From positions 32,001 to 96,000 of the forward strand of contig CAXXFV010000003.1 of the NCBI GenBank assembly GCA_963674595.2: a DNA stretch of 64,000 nucleotides, written 5' to 3'. Numbering within the stretch: the first letter of the stretch is position 1; each line of letters starts with the position of its first letter. A program made the position numbers and the translations under genes. This document shows positions 1-10,019 of the stretch, one piece after another. The notes under the pieces were generated by a model. It was not told the origin of the DNA. It saw only the letters and a list, made by a program, of their open reading frames with translations, and did no database searches. This DNA is from a bacterium. GTDB taxonomy: Bacteria; Zhuqueibacterota; Zhuqueibacteria; Residuimicrobiales; Krinioviventaceae.

Positions 1-1520
1 TATACTTTACCGCCGTCAACATCCAGGGCAATACCGGAGGGCCATTCAAGACTGGTAATTACATTCTGGACATCACTGCCATCCAAATTGGCACGTTTAA
101 TACCTCTATAATCTATAGCCCTTTCGGTCCAATATATCTTTTTATGTTTTAAATCAAGAGCAATATCTTCCGGTTGTCCCGAAGACTTGATGATTGTTTG
201 CACTTCGCTGCCATTATTCAAATCAGTACATCCAATCGTATTATATTTTCCATTACCCCCATTACTCCAATAAATCTTTTCACTAAACGGATCAACTACA
301 ACTCCAAACGAAAACCAATAATTGTAATAAGGATATTCAACCTGGCTGCCATCTAAATTTGCGCGGCCAACAGTCGATTTTTCTGACGCCCTACCCCAAT
401 ACACCTTTTCATTCACAATATCCAAAGTGAGGTCATATATATATGCTCCATAATCTATCACATTTGTAAGAAATTCAACATTGGAACCGTCCGTATTACA
501 TTTGTAAATACTGGCAAAAGTATTTGCCCAGTATATTTTATCACCTTCAGGATCAAGAGAAAGGCACACCGGTTTTTGATAACTAACAATCAGCGGTTCG
601 ACATTTTGACCATCCAAACGAGAACGATAAATCGTCATAGACCAATAAAGATGAAACCAATACATCATTCCTTTTGACAGATCCAGACTTAGATTTTGAA
701 CACCATAATTAAAACCTGTAACCAGTTCCTCAAATTCAGTTCCATCAGTGTTCATTCTCCACACCCCGAAATAATGTGTCAGATAAAGCTTTTTATTTTT
801 TGAATCAAGCTGTAGCCTTTTTTGATGATTCCAATATCCAACAACATAAACAATCTTTTCTTCATTGCCGTCCAGGTTCACACTCTTGAGAACTCGACCA
901 TTATTATCAGTAAAATAGATTCGATGCGCTCTTCCATCTACAACATAATCAATTATCTTTTCATTGTGTTCTATGATTGATCTTATTTTTTCACCATCCA
1001 AACCAGCACAATAAAGAGTATCACTTGAGGCATTCATCCAATAGAGATTTTCATAGACCAGATCCAAGGCCAGATTGTTGGGCCGGGTCAGACCACATAA
1101 AAATTCTTGCTGGTTTGAACCGGTCATATCAGCCTGCCAAATCTTGCCGCTGTCTGATACGCTCCAATACATTGTGCTGTGAAGCGTGTCAATAACCATA
1201 CTGCTTACCCGGCCCATTTCGGAAACCAGTGTTTCAACATTTCTTGTTTCCATATTCTCACGTCGGATGGCATTCTCTTCATAATAATAAATATATCCCT
1301 GGGCGGCAGTTAACAACAGCACTCCACGGGAAGAGAGCAGTTCCCTATATTGGTTACCGTCAGCATCTCCGCAATATATCTTTTTGTCCTGTGTGTCTGT
1401 CCAGTAAATTAATCGTTCCTTTGCTGTAACAATATTTAAAAGCGTGAAAAGGTTGGATACAGTGCAGAAAAACACTAATGCTGTTCTTTTTATCATGACT
1501 GTATCCTTTTCATTTTTCAC
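1..1520 (-). CDS. Secreted YWTD/LDL-receptor-type beta-propeller protein (3' end outside the window)
   Basis: GTG at 1520 is in frame with ...IALDVDGGKVY at the window edge; paralog of 1563..3524 and 35316..37253; absent from the ORF track because no stop lies in the window. Confidence 0.85.
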   Translation of the reverse strand, partial: MKNEKDTVMIKRTALVFFCTVSNLFTLLNIVTAKERLIYWTDTQDKKIYCGDADGNQYRELLSSRGVLLLTAAQGYIYYYEENAIRRENMETRNVETLVSEMGRVSSMVIDTLHSTMYWSVSDSGKIWQADMTGSNQQEFLCGLTRPNNLALDLVYENLYWMNASSDTLYCAGLDGEKIRSIIEHNEKIIDYVVDGRAHRIYFTDNNGRVLKSVNLDGNEEKIVYVVGYWNHQKRLQLDSKNKKLYLTHYFGVWRMNTDGTEFEELVTGFNYGVQNLSLDLSKGMMYWFHLYWSMTIYRSRLDGQNVEPLIVSYQKPVCLSLDPEGDKIYWANTFASIYKCNTDGSNVEFLTNVIDYGAYIYDLTLDIVNEKVYWGRASEKSTVGRANLDGSQVEYPYYNYWFSFGVVVDPFSEKIYWSNGGNGKYNTIGCTDLNNGSEVQTIIKSSGQPEDIALDLKHKKIYWTERAIDYRGIKRANLDGSDVQNVITSLEWPSGIALDVDGGKV

Positions 1521-1562
1521 TTCTCATTTAATATCTTGATACTTATAAATTTCACTACCAAC

Positions 1563-3524
1563 TTATTTGATAAACATCATTGTACCGGATTGGGTAAACG
1601 TGCCCGCGACAAGTTTGCAAATATAAGCGCCGCTGGATACCATTTCACCGCTGTTGTCCCGGCCATCCCATATAACCGATTTATATCCATCTCCCTGTGG
1701 GCCGTTCGCCAAAACACGCACCTCTTCTCCCAGCATGTTGTATATTTTTAGGCTGACATGACAGGCTTCCGGTAAGGCATATTTTAACACGGTTTGCGAA
1801 TTAAAGGGATTGGGATAATTTTGATATAATGCGAATTCCTGCGGTATTAAATTCGGTCCATCGTCTTTTTTTTCAACAGCAGTCGAACCGTTATTTTCAA
1901 AAGACAAGGCCAGGCGATAGGGCCAGGTTAGACCGCTAAACAGTTCTTCTATGTCTGTTCCGTCCAGATTTGCCCGTTTTATTTTACCGGGTTCTCTTTC
2001 AATCCAGTATATTTTATTACCTTCAACATCCAGGGCAAGACCACAGGGCCATTTAAGACCGGTAACAACATCATGAATTCCACTGCCATCTAAACTAGCG
2101 CAACAGATTCGACCAACTTTTAAATGTTCGGTCCAAAAGATTTTATTATCTCTCAGGTTGAGAGCAATATCGTCAGGAAATTCAAGACTATCAACAAGCA
2201 TTTCAATGTTTTGACCATTTAAATCAGCACAACTAATTGAAGTGGTCCTTGTTGATCCAAGTTGGCTCCAGTAAACCTTTTCCTGAGACGGATCAACCGC
2301 GATACCGAATGTCCAATGCCAACGAACATTATAGGGAAATTCTACATCAGTGCCGTCAAGATTTGCTCGGCCAAGAGCTTGACCTTCTGCTGCACTGGCA
2401 AAATATAGCTTTTGGTTTACCATATCCAGGTCAATATCCAATAATTCAGCATTTGCAATAAAATCATATATAAGGAACTCTACTTCAGAACCGTCAATAT
2501 TAGAACGATAAATATTATAAAAATTACCTGACCAATACATCTTTTCTCCCTCAAGATCAAGAGCAAGGCAAGTCAAATTTTTATAATTAACAATCACTGG
2601 TTCAATATTACGCCCATTCAAACGGGAACGATAAATCGTATAAGTCCATAGAGGAGTATACCAGTACATGTCTCCCCGTGACAGGTCAAGACTTAAATAT
2701 TGACTGCCTAAATCATAATTATTAACCAGTTCCTTTAATTCTGTTCCATCGGTATTGATTCTCAATATCTGGGAATGATGTGTCAGATAAAGCTTTTTGT
2801 TCCTGGAATCAAGTTGAAGATCTCTATGAAAACTCTCAAATTCAAAGGTATAAACAATCTCTTCTTCGTTGCCGTCCAGGTTCACACTCTTGAGTACGCG
2901 ACCATTATCATCAGTAAAATAGATTCGATACGCTCTTCCATCCACAACATAATCACTTATCTTTTCATTGTGCTCTATGACCGATCTTATTTTTTCACCA
3001 TCCATACCAGCACAATAAACGGTATCACGGGTATCATTCATCCAATAGATATTTTCATAAACATCATCCAGCGCCAGATTGTTGGGCAGAACCAGATTAC
3101 AAAGAAACTCTTGCTTGTTTGAACCGGTTATGTCAGCCTGCCAAATCTTGCCGCTGTCTGATACGCTCCAATAAATTATGCTGTTAAGCGTGTCAATAAC
3201 CATACTGCTAACCCGGCCCGTTTCGGAAATCAGGGTTTCAACCGTTCTTGTCTCCTTATTCTCACGCCGGATAGCATCCTCTTCATAATAATAAATATAT
3301 CCCTGGGCTGCAGTTAACAACCTTACATAACGGGAAGAAAGTACTTTTTCATAATGACCGCCGTCAGCATCTCCGCAATATATCTTGTCGTCAACTCTAT
3401 CGATCCAGTAAATACATCTTTCTTTGGCTGTAACAACATTTAAAAGCGTGAAAAGGTTGTATACAGTGAAGAAAAACACAAACGTTATTCTTTTTAACAT
3501 GGCTGTATCCTTTTCATTTATCAC
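1563..3524 (-). CDS. Secreted YWTD-repeat beta-propeller protein with C-terminal FlgD-Ig/sorting domain
   Basis: Signal peptide, repeated LALD...KIYW...ANLDG units, C-terminal QNYPNPFN...VIWDGRD domain. Confidence 0.9.
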   Translation of the reverse strand: MINEKDTAMLKRITFVFFFTVYNLFTLLNVVTAKERCIYWIDRVDDKIYCGDADGGHYEKVLSSRYVRLLTAAQGYIYYYEEDAIRRENKETRTVETLISETGRVSSMVIDTLNSIIYWSVSDSGKIWQADITGSNKQEFLCNLVLPNNLALDDVYENIYWMNDTRDTVYCAGMDGEKIRSVIEHNEKISDYVVDGRAYRIYFTDDNGRVLKSVNLDGNEEEIVYTFEFESFHRDLQLDSRNKKLYLTHHSQILRINTDGTELKELVNNYDLGSQYLSLDLSRGDMYWYTPLWTYTIYRSRLNGRNIEPVIVNYKNLTCLALDLEGEKMYWSGNFYNIYRSNIDGSEVEFLIYDFIANAELLDIDLDMVNQKLYFASAAEGQALGRANLDGTDVEFPYNVRWHWTFGIAVDPSQEKVYWSQLGSTRTTSISCADLNGQNIEMLVDSLEFPDDIALNLRDNKIFWTEHLKVGRICCASLDGSGIHDVVTGLKWPCGLALDVEGNKIYWIEREPGKIKRANLDGTDIEELFSGLTWPYRLALSFENNGSTAVEKKDDGPNLIPQEFALYQNYPNPFNSQTVLKYALPEACHVSLKIYNMLGEEVRVLANGPQGDGYKSVIWDGRDNSGEMVSSGAYICKLVAGTFTQSGTMMFIK

Positions 3525-3625
3525 TACTCATTTAATATCTTAATACTTTTAAATTTCACTACCAACTTATTTGATAAACATCATTGTACCGGATTGGGTA
3601 AACGTGCCCGCGATCAGTTTGCATA
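3521..3625 (-). repeat. Remnant 3' end of another sorting-domain gene plus intergenic spacer (copy of about 1517-1622)
   Basis: TTATTTGATAAACATCATTGTACCGGATTGGGTAAACGTGCCCGCGA is identical to 1563 onward and nearly identical to 37364 onward; similarity ends abruptly near 3625. Confidence 0.8.
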
Positions 3626-4202
3626 TATATACGTAAAACAGTTTTTAAAACAAATTGAAATTCTCGCATCAGTCAGCCTTTATTTTTGAATTAGTCGTTT
3701 AAAAATAATACGACTGGTGCGGGATTTAATCAATTAAGAAATATGCACAACGGATTATTTAATATTCAGATTATATATTCTTTTATTAACTGGTAAAATT
3801 ATTTTTTATGAGAAACTAAAAAAAATAATATCATACCCCGAGCTCAATATCAGATGAGGAAAAAATAACAAGTGAAAAATAGCCCCGGATATAACAATCC
3901 CGTTACATTAATTTTGTCGATTATGTACTTTTAGATTATAAACTTGTTCATTGATACTCCCCGTAGAGTAGTTAATTTGATTTTGATTAAATTATTTTAG
4001 TTACTTTTATTGACAAAGTCAAGTTTATTTAGACTTGAAATTCATTTTTTTGTGGGGGTAATCCCCCAGTTGTTTGCATTATAGAATACAAATTGCGTTA
4101 CAAATTTACAATCTCATTTTAAGAATCCTCTTGAATAACGAACTCTTTCAGACAAAATAAAATGAATTTATTTATCAAGCCTATAGATCGCTTTTTATAG
4201 TC

Positions 4203-4226
4203 AAACCCCGCATCACTGCAGGGTTT
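4203..4226 (-). terminator. Hairpin terminating the module operon
   Basis: AAACCCC..GGGGTTT stem; the equivalent AAGCCCC..GGGGCTT stem at about 45761-45784 shows a compensatory change. Confidence 0.5.
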
Positions 4227-4422
4227 GATAAACGATTGAATTCCATTATTAAGTTTCAGCTCTCTCTATAATCACCACCTCCTTCTGTATAATTCGATAA
4301 CTGTTTCTATCATCTTACATCAATCCAGACATGGGCAACAGTGCCTTAGTTGTCTATCACTTGAACAATCTTCCGGTCTAATAGTTGATTCTACCAGTCA
4401 GGAATGCATTATAATTCTTGTA

Positions 4423-5013
4423 CTATATATTAATACTTAATTGTTCCGAATAAACTTTTATTAGATCATTCCAAGGCTGTTTTTGAGATAATAAAGGCCA
4501 TTTATGACTTGTGGTTGCCAGTTGATGCAATGCTTCAAATGTCTTGTTCCCGACATACCGATTGGCAAATTGAAACACATATCTTCCAATTAAGGCACTG
4601 TCAATCTCTGGCATATTTCTTAAATTCAACTGTAGAGTCTGTAACGTCATTTGACGCTTCATATAATCCTGGTGTCCGGACCGGTTCCATTGTGACGGGC
4701 TGATGAGGATATGAGAATCAAATATCTCTTTACAGATCGTCAATTGAGTTTGAGTGACATGAGCATCCACTCCCCATGTCATTTTACTGTTTGTGGGCTG
4801 TTCATGGTCTTCAATCACTGCAAAAGCAATATTATGATGTTGCCTGGTTTTGAATAATCTTTCACTGTAATCAAGATGTTTAAAATATTTTATTGTTCCT
4901 GTGTTTATATATTTACCATACTGGTCCCAGACGGTCAACCCGGTAAAACTACCAGGGGAAATACTCACAAAAGTTATATTATTCATAATCACACCTTTTA
5001 TTTTAATTTTCAA
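4423..5013 (-). CDS. RuvC/RNase H-fold resolvase-like protein, probably inactive
   Basis: FVSISPG..TG / AVIED / EIDSALIG motifs parallel the adjacent paralog, but the first catalytic Asp is Ser. Confidence 0.55.
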   Translation of the reverse strand: MKIKIKGVIMNNITFVSISPGSFTGLTVWDQYGKYINTGTIKYFKHLDYSERLFKTRQHHNIAFAVIEDHEQPTNSKMTWGVDAHVTQTQLTICKEIFDSHILISPSQWNRSGHQDYMKRQMTLQTLQLNLRNMPEIDSALIGRYVFQFANRYVGNKTFEALHQLATTSHKWPLLSQKQPWNDLIKVYSEQLSINI

Positions 5014-5587
5014 GCCATGGTTTCAATTGATTGACAGTCGGATATGGCAGTTGTTTAAAAGCCATCTGTTTCATGGCAGTAAATCCACCCCCATTCGTAT
5101 CAAAATCAATAATTTCAAAAGTCAGTTTTCCCATAAGAGCTGAATCCGTCTGATGAGAATTTGGCAATTGTTCTCCGAATAGATCCCTTGCCCATTGTCG
5201 TTTAAATTTATCTTTACATTTATTCCGGTTCCACTGCGTGTGAAAGATCAGGATGTGATCCGGGAACACTTCTTTACAGACCTGGATTTGAATTGATACT
5301 TTATAAGAATTTTTTCTTTTTATGCCGATAAACGGTTTATAATCTTCCAGAAGGATAAATTCAAGGTTGTACTCTTTTTTAATTTGTTCCAGTAACAGTC
5401 TGTATTGTTGTGTGTCTTTAAAAGGTAAATTCTTTGAACAAACCTTTGATCCCATACTGTTAAACACACTGATCCCACCCGGATTACCCGGATCAACCGC
5501 ACCCCAAAATCTGTTTAAATTCGACATGGTTTCTGTCTTTCGAGATTCTACCAAAGCTGTAATCATATTATTCTGTAGTCGAATCAT
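5003..5587 (-). CDS. RuvC-like Holliday junction resolvase
   Basis: GAVDPG.PGG, ILLED and TDSALMG motifs typical of phage RuvC-like nucleases. Confidence 0.65.
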   Translation of the reverse strand: MIRLQNNMITALVESRKTETMSNLNRFWGAVDPGNPGGISVFNSMGSKVCSKNLPFKDTQQYRLLLEQIKKEYNLEFILLEDYKPFIGIKRKNSYKVSIQIQVCKEVFPDHILIFHTQWNRNKCKDKFKRQWARDLFGEQLPNSHQTDSALMGKLTFEIIDFDTNGGGFTAMKQMAFKQLPYPTVNQLKPWLEN

Positions 5588-5601
5588 GTCAAACTCCTTT
5601 T

Positions 5602-6141
5602 CTATTTCTCATTGATACTAGATAATTCAATTTTTTTCCATTTTAATTCTCTGGACATTGTATCTGTCGCAAACTGTTTTTGTTCTTCCCCCTTGCGGTT
5701 ATTTTTATAAGCATCCAAAAAATGCTTACGTGTGGCGGCAATGGCAGTGGTTGATCTTATTTCAGGTCCCCACTGCACAAGAAGAGGATATAAATGTCCT
5801 TCACCGTTTTTCTGCATTCGTTTTTCTATCACCATCATCATACAGGAACCAATGGATGGATCATAAAAATGGTCAAGATACATTTTAATCCGGTTCCAGG
5901 CTACCTGAGCTTGCTGTTGAAGAGGATCCTGTCCCCGTAAATCTGCCGGTGATGGGAAAAAAGCATTTTTATTTCTAAAATATAAAACAGCATTCTTTTC
6001 AATTTCCTTAAAACTCAGGTCCTGTAATATCTTGAAATAAAAGTCTATCTTCTCTACCGTCAAGGGTTGTTTATTATTCACAGCAACAGTTTCCATTTGC
6101 CACATGAGTTTTGAAAAACATTCTCTATCTTTTTCAGTCAT
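5602..6141 (-). CDS. Phage replication-module protein (G39P/DUF6475-like N-terminus)
   Basis: FFPSPADLR...AW motif; position downstream of ssb. Confidence 0.45.
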   Translation of the reverse strand: MTEKDRECFSKLMWQMETVAVNNKQPLTVEKIDFYFKILQDLSFKEIEKNAVLYFRNKNAFFPSPADLRGQDPLQQQAQVAWNRIKMYLDHFYDPSIGSCMMMVIEKRMQKNGEGHLYPLLVQWGPEIRSTTAIAATRKHFLDAYKNNRKGEEQKQFATDTMSRELKWKKIELSSINEK

Positions 6142-6302
6142 ATATCAACCTCTATGATAAGACATTAAGATTTTTTCTTTTTATTAATTTCATCATCAAC
6201 GGATGTTACATCTGTTGATTGATTCTTTCTTAAATCAGACAGGTCGTCGTGTTTAAACGACGACCCGGAGTATTTATAGAACATGGCAACAAAACAAAAA
6301 TC

Positions 6303-6713
6303 CTAAAACGGCAGGTCATCTGCCGGTTCATCAGGGATATTTGTTTGTTGTTCCTGTTCATAGGTTTGACTGAATTGTAAAATCTGTACCTGTTCAGCTT
6401 GTATTTCTGTCATATATTGCTTGTTTCCATCTTTATCATCCCAGGAACGAGTAGCCAACTTGCCTTCGATATAAACCAGATCACCCTTTTTAGCATATTG
6501 AGAAATCATTTCTGCTGTTTTACGCCAAATAACGACACGATGCCATTCTGTTTTTTCGACAATTTCTCCGTCTTGGGATTTATAGGATGTATTGGTTGCC
6601 ATGTTTAACGTCACAACAGCGACCTCAGAAGGAGTATATTTGATTTCCGGGTCTTTACCTAATCGACCGATGAGCATGACTTTGTTTAATGTTGCTTTAC
6701 TATTGAATGCCAT
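6303..6713 (-). CDS. ssb: Single-stranded DNA-binding protein
   Basis: LNKVMLIGRLGKDPE, TEWHRVV, acidic DDLPF tail. Confidence 0.97.
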   Translation of the reverse strand: MAFNSKATLNKVMLIGRLGKDPEIKYTPSEVAVVTLNMATNTSYKSQDGEIVEKTEWHRVVIWRKTAEMISQYAKKGDLVYIEGKLATRSWDDKDGNKQYMTEIQAEQVQILQFSQTYEQEQQTNIPDEPADDLPF

Positions 6714-6718
6714 TTTTA

Positions 6719-7435
6719 TTACCTCACTCTTATATCATCTTTTGAATAAACTCTAATGCCTTGAAATTTATCAACAGCATCTTTTTTTAGTTTTTGTACT
6801 TGAGCATTAATTTTTGAACGGGACGGTTCGCATAGTTCCGGATGATGTCTGCACACCAGGTCTGGGTCCGTTATGTCGTATTTCCAATAGGTCACAACAC
6901 TTGAAGTCGCTTGGATGGATTGAACCGAGGATTTGGCGACGATTTCCTGACTTGCAACATGTTTGACAGCCTTATCCAGTGCCTGTTTGGTTTCTTCATC
7001 TCCCGTCGCTTCTCTGGCTTGTTCAAGTTCTTTGATTTGCTGATCTTTCTCTGCCTTTAATCGTTCCTCTTCTTTGCGCTTTTTCTCTTTTTGATATTCC
7101 AAAAGTTTTGATCGCAGCATGCCATTGAGCTTATCAACTTCACTTATCAAATTTTTAAATGGCTGCTCTTTTGTTTTTATCTGTTCCTTTAATTCTTTTA
7201 CAGATTCTTTTTTAGCGTTTTCAAGGTATTTTATAAATTTTGATATTTTCCCGGTATAATCTGTCACCTCAAAAATAGTAGCATCATCAACCGTTATATC
7301 GACAACTGTTAACCGAATATCTTTATATGTTGATATAATCATGGCATCATTAATCTCTGCCAACTCCGGTAAGGTTTCTATTTCAATGACATCAGGTTCA
7401 CCATTCAAAATGCTGTCGAAAAAATCACTTTCCAT
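6719..7435 (-). CDS. Phage coiled-coil protein (Gam/Gp157-like recombination partner)
   Basis: Long coiled coil followed by WKYDITD...GIRVY C-terminus; lies between the annealase and ssb. Confidence 0.5.
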   Translation of the reverse strand: MESDFFDSILNGEPDVIEIETLPELAEINDAMIISTYKDIRLTVVDITVDDATIFEVTDYTGKISKFIKYLENAKKESVKELKEQIKTKEQPFKNLISEVDKLNGMLRSKLLEYQKEKKRKEEERLKAEKDQQIKELEQAREATGDEETKQALDKAVKHVASQEIVAKSSVQSIQATSSVVTYWKYDITDPDLVCRHHPELCEPSRSKINAQVQKLKKDAVDKFQGIRVYSKDDIRVR

Positions 7436-8360
7436 TATCCGTCTCCTTTTTCTCTTGTTGAACCTGTTGCATTCTCTCTTTTAACTTTTGCAGGAAAAAG
7501 TTTTGTTTTTTCGTTTCGATTTTTTTGGCTGTTGTCACACCCATATCCTCCAGCATTTTTAAATAAACGGTATGCGTTCCAGTCTGTTTAAAAAGCCACT
7601 CTTTGGCATTTTTACATTTGTCCTCAAAGGATGGTTCAGTTTTTGACTCCTGATTTAATTGATTGCTTTTAGTCGTTTTCTTTGAGGAATTATCTTTATT
7701 GAGGGAATTTTGACCATTATTTCCAGAATCACCCTGAGTGTTATTGTTTGAAATTTCATAGGGCCAGCCATATTGAGGATAGTCTTTGCGCCGCCACAAT
7801 AAAACCTTATTATTATCTCTTTTATCTGTGTACCATTCACTAACGGCGAATTCTTCTCTCCATTCCATAATAAAATTGGGAGACCACAGTTCAGTAGCAA
7901 TTCCCAAATCTTTACAACATCGGGTCAGACAATCTGTTTTGGCTCCTTCAACAGCACTGGCATAGGTCATGGACTTGTTGTTTGGATGATACTTTTGTTC
8001 TCCCACAGCTTCAGATATAAACTGTCCGAGAACAAATAAGACCCCGTGATAACAGACCAGATTGATGTTTTTATCATAAAAAATATTTCGGCTATACAAG
8101 GCCCATCCGCCCGCATGAAAAGCCTCGATTAATCTTTTACGATAAAAAACACCCGGCAAATAAATAATACCATCTGGTCGGATGGCAACATCGTTTTTAT
8201 CTATTTCAGCAGACAATTTTCGTTGAACCTGATCTGTCACCGGATTCTCAGCAATGTTATTATACAGATCGATTTCACAATTTTCCTGAACAGTCACTTC
8301 TTTATTTTGATCTGATTTTATTGCCAAAGCAACTTGAGTTTGATTTCCATTTCCATTCAT
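7425..8360 (-). CDS. Mgm101/Rad52-family single-strand annealing protein (Sak-like)
   Basis: RPDGIIYLP..FYRKRLIEAF..GGWAL and EGAKTDCLTRCCKDLGIATELW match the Mgm101 core motifs. Confidence 0.8.
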   Translation of the reverse strand: MNGNGNQTQVALAIKSDQNKEVTVQENCEIDLYNNIAENPVTDQVQRKLSAEIDKNDVAIRPDGIIYLPGVFYRKRLIEAFHAGGWALYSRNIFYDKNINLVCYHGVLFVLGQFISEAVGEQKYHPNNKSMTYASAVEGAKTDCLTRCCKDLGIATELWSPNFIMEWREEFAVSEWYTDKRDNNKVLLWRRKDYPQYGWPYEISNNNTQGDSGNNGQNSLNKDNSSKKTTKSNQLNQESKTEPSFEDKCKNAKEWLFKQTGTHTVYLKMLEDMGVTTAKKIETKKQNFFLQKLKERMQQVQQEKKETDNGK

Positions 8361-8368
8361 GATTCACC

Positions 8369-8635
8369 TCAAAAATTTAATTTATCCTGATCTGTAAATC
8401 CTATTTGCATATTTTCAATGATTTGATTCATAAGGATTTCTTTGACATTCATATTGGAATAGGCTATTTTGACAGCACCTTGTAATGCCACCATTCCAAT
8501 AGAATTGTTTCCACCAAGAATGATTTGTGCAAGTGACACAATATCATGATCAATGGTGATGTCGATGTTTAAATTCTCAATCAGCATTTTTGCTGCTGAG
8601 ACTTGTCTCTCTTTTGAAGGAACTTCTTTTATCAT
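8369..8635 (-). CDS. Hypothetical phage protein
   Basis: 88 aa ORF, identical protein in copy 2, SD present. Confidence 0.7.
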   Translation of the reverse strand: MIKEVPSKERQVSAAKMLIENLNIDITIDHDIVSLAQIILGGNNSIGMVALQGAVKIAYSNMNVKEILMNQIIENMQIGFTDQDKLNF

Positions 8636-8684
8636 TTCTCATCTCCAATTATATTTATGTCATTTCTCATGGCCATACTAAAAT

Positions 8685-9005
8685 TTACATCCAGGTCTCA
8701 AAGAGTCCTGATGCCGGGTCATACTCGACATCAAACATCCTCTTACAATAGCTGATGGGACATGTTATAGAGTCTGTTTCGCCGGATTGAACCCCTTCAA
8801 CTATTTCAGAATCCAAATATCCATCCACAACAGTACCACAATGCGGACAAATAATATGAAAAGCTTTTGTGTTGATTCTTTCTTCTTCAGGAACATCAAA
8901 AGGCGCTACAAATAACGGATTCGTGTACATGTCATCATGATACATCATCGGGATCTCCGTCTCTGCTGCGTTTACTGGTATGATCATACAGATACAAATC
9001 TTCAC
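8685..9005 (-). CDS. Small zinc-finger protein (true start probably near 8948)
   Basis: CPHC and CPISYC motifs conserved in copy 2. Confidence 0.6.
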   Translation of the reverse strand: MKICICMIIPVNAAETEIPMMYHDDMYTNPLFVAPFDVPEEERINTKAFHIICPHCGTVVDGYLDSEIVEGVQSGETDSITCPISYCKRMFDVEYDPASGLFETWM

Positions 9006-9297
9006 AACCCATGATGTTTCTGGCCATGCGAAGCCATCTTAAACGATTAGCTTGTCTGATTAAATTGGATATAATCCGAAAGTCCCCGGCATCTATCGGT
9101 GTCCGGCCACCTTTACATAAATTGTTTAATCGCCCGATTGTCATTTTAGCTTCCTGAGCAAACCATTCCCTGGTCAGTTGTTTATTCTGTGAGATACAAT
9201 CTTTGATCGCATTGTCAATTTCTGAGGCAATAAACCGAAACATTTTCTCTTCTGCTGTTGAGAGTGTATCTTGTTTTTCAAATTGTCTTTCTTTCAT
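8935..9297 (-). CDS. HTH-like phage regulator
   Basis: TREWFAQEAKMTIGRLNNLCKG resembles an HTH; first gene of the leftward operon, divergent from the XRE gene. Confidence 0.55.
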   Translation of the reverse strand: MKERQFEKQDTLSTAEEKMFRFIASEIDNAIKDCISQNKQLTREWFAQEAKMTIGRLNNLCKGGRTPIDAGDFRIISNLIRQANRLRWLRMARNIMGCEDLYLYDHTSKRSRDGDPDDVS

Positions 9298-9427
9298 TTT
9301 TTTACTCGCTTTTTTATGTGGTTTTATAATGGACGATTAATTTTTGCACATTCCTGCAAAAATTAATGGCACTGCCCATTGAAAAAACCATTCACCCATA
9401 TTATATTGAATTGTCAACTTTTAAAAA

Positions 9428-9712
9428 ATGAGGTCAATTATGAAAGCAAAGAAAAGAGAACCTGTTGAATATACACTGAATTTAAGCTGTGAAATCAACT
9501 TTGATTTATTGATGATTATCGAAGCAGCATGTATTTTTCAGAAAGCTTTTATTTCTTTATTGTTAAAAGACAAGAATTTCACTATCTTAAAATACAAAGG
9601 CTGCTCTGGTGCTTATGTTGATATTCAACAAGCTCTTTGCAGTTCTTTTACGTCACCCTCTGGTTTGCGACGTTTGGCGACAGAACAGACCAGGGGGTTT
9701 TATTTTAATTGA
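9428..9712 (+). CDS. Hypothetical protein (uncertain)
   Basis: ORF conserved in copy 2, but its 3' end overlaps a conserved hairpin. Confidence 0.3.
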   Translation: MRSIMKAKKREPVEYTLNLSCEINFDLLMIIEAACIFQKAFISLLLKDKNFTILKYKGCSGAYVDIQQALCSSFTSPSGLRRLATEQTRGFYFN

Positions 9713-10019
9713 CCTGAAAATTCTGTTTTAACAGGGATCACGGATTTTCAGGTAAGAGCAATTTAATTCCATGATAGTTAAATGCTCTATGGTTTGAATT
9801 GTGTCCTGACAGATCAATGGATTAAATGACCTTTTATTTATTATTGATTTTAAATGTTTTTTTCTTTAAAATAAAAATCAGCATAACCATATAAAAATAA
9901 ATGTGTACGGAGTCTGTTCCCGGTCCGCAGAGGGTCACCAAATTATAGGATTAAAAATTAATATGTCCTATCGTACACATTACACCATAGTTTAATTAAT
10001 GTTATTATAAGTAGTTAAC

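Noticed and set aside
4240-4290. Type I toxin peptide after a strong AGGAGGT
   Set aside because: The following micro-ORFs differ between the two copies and are not hydrophobic
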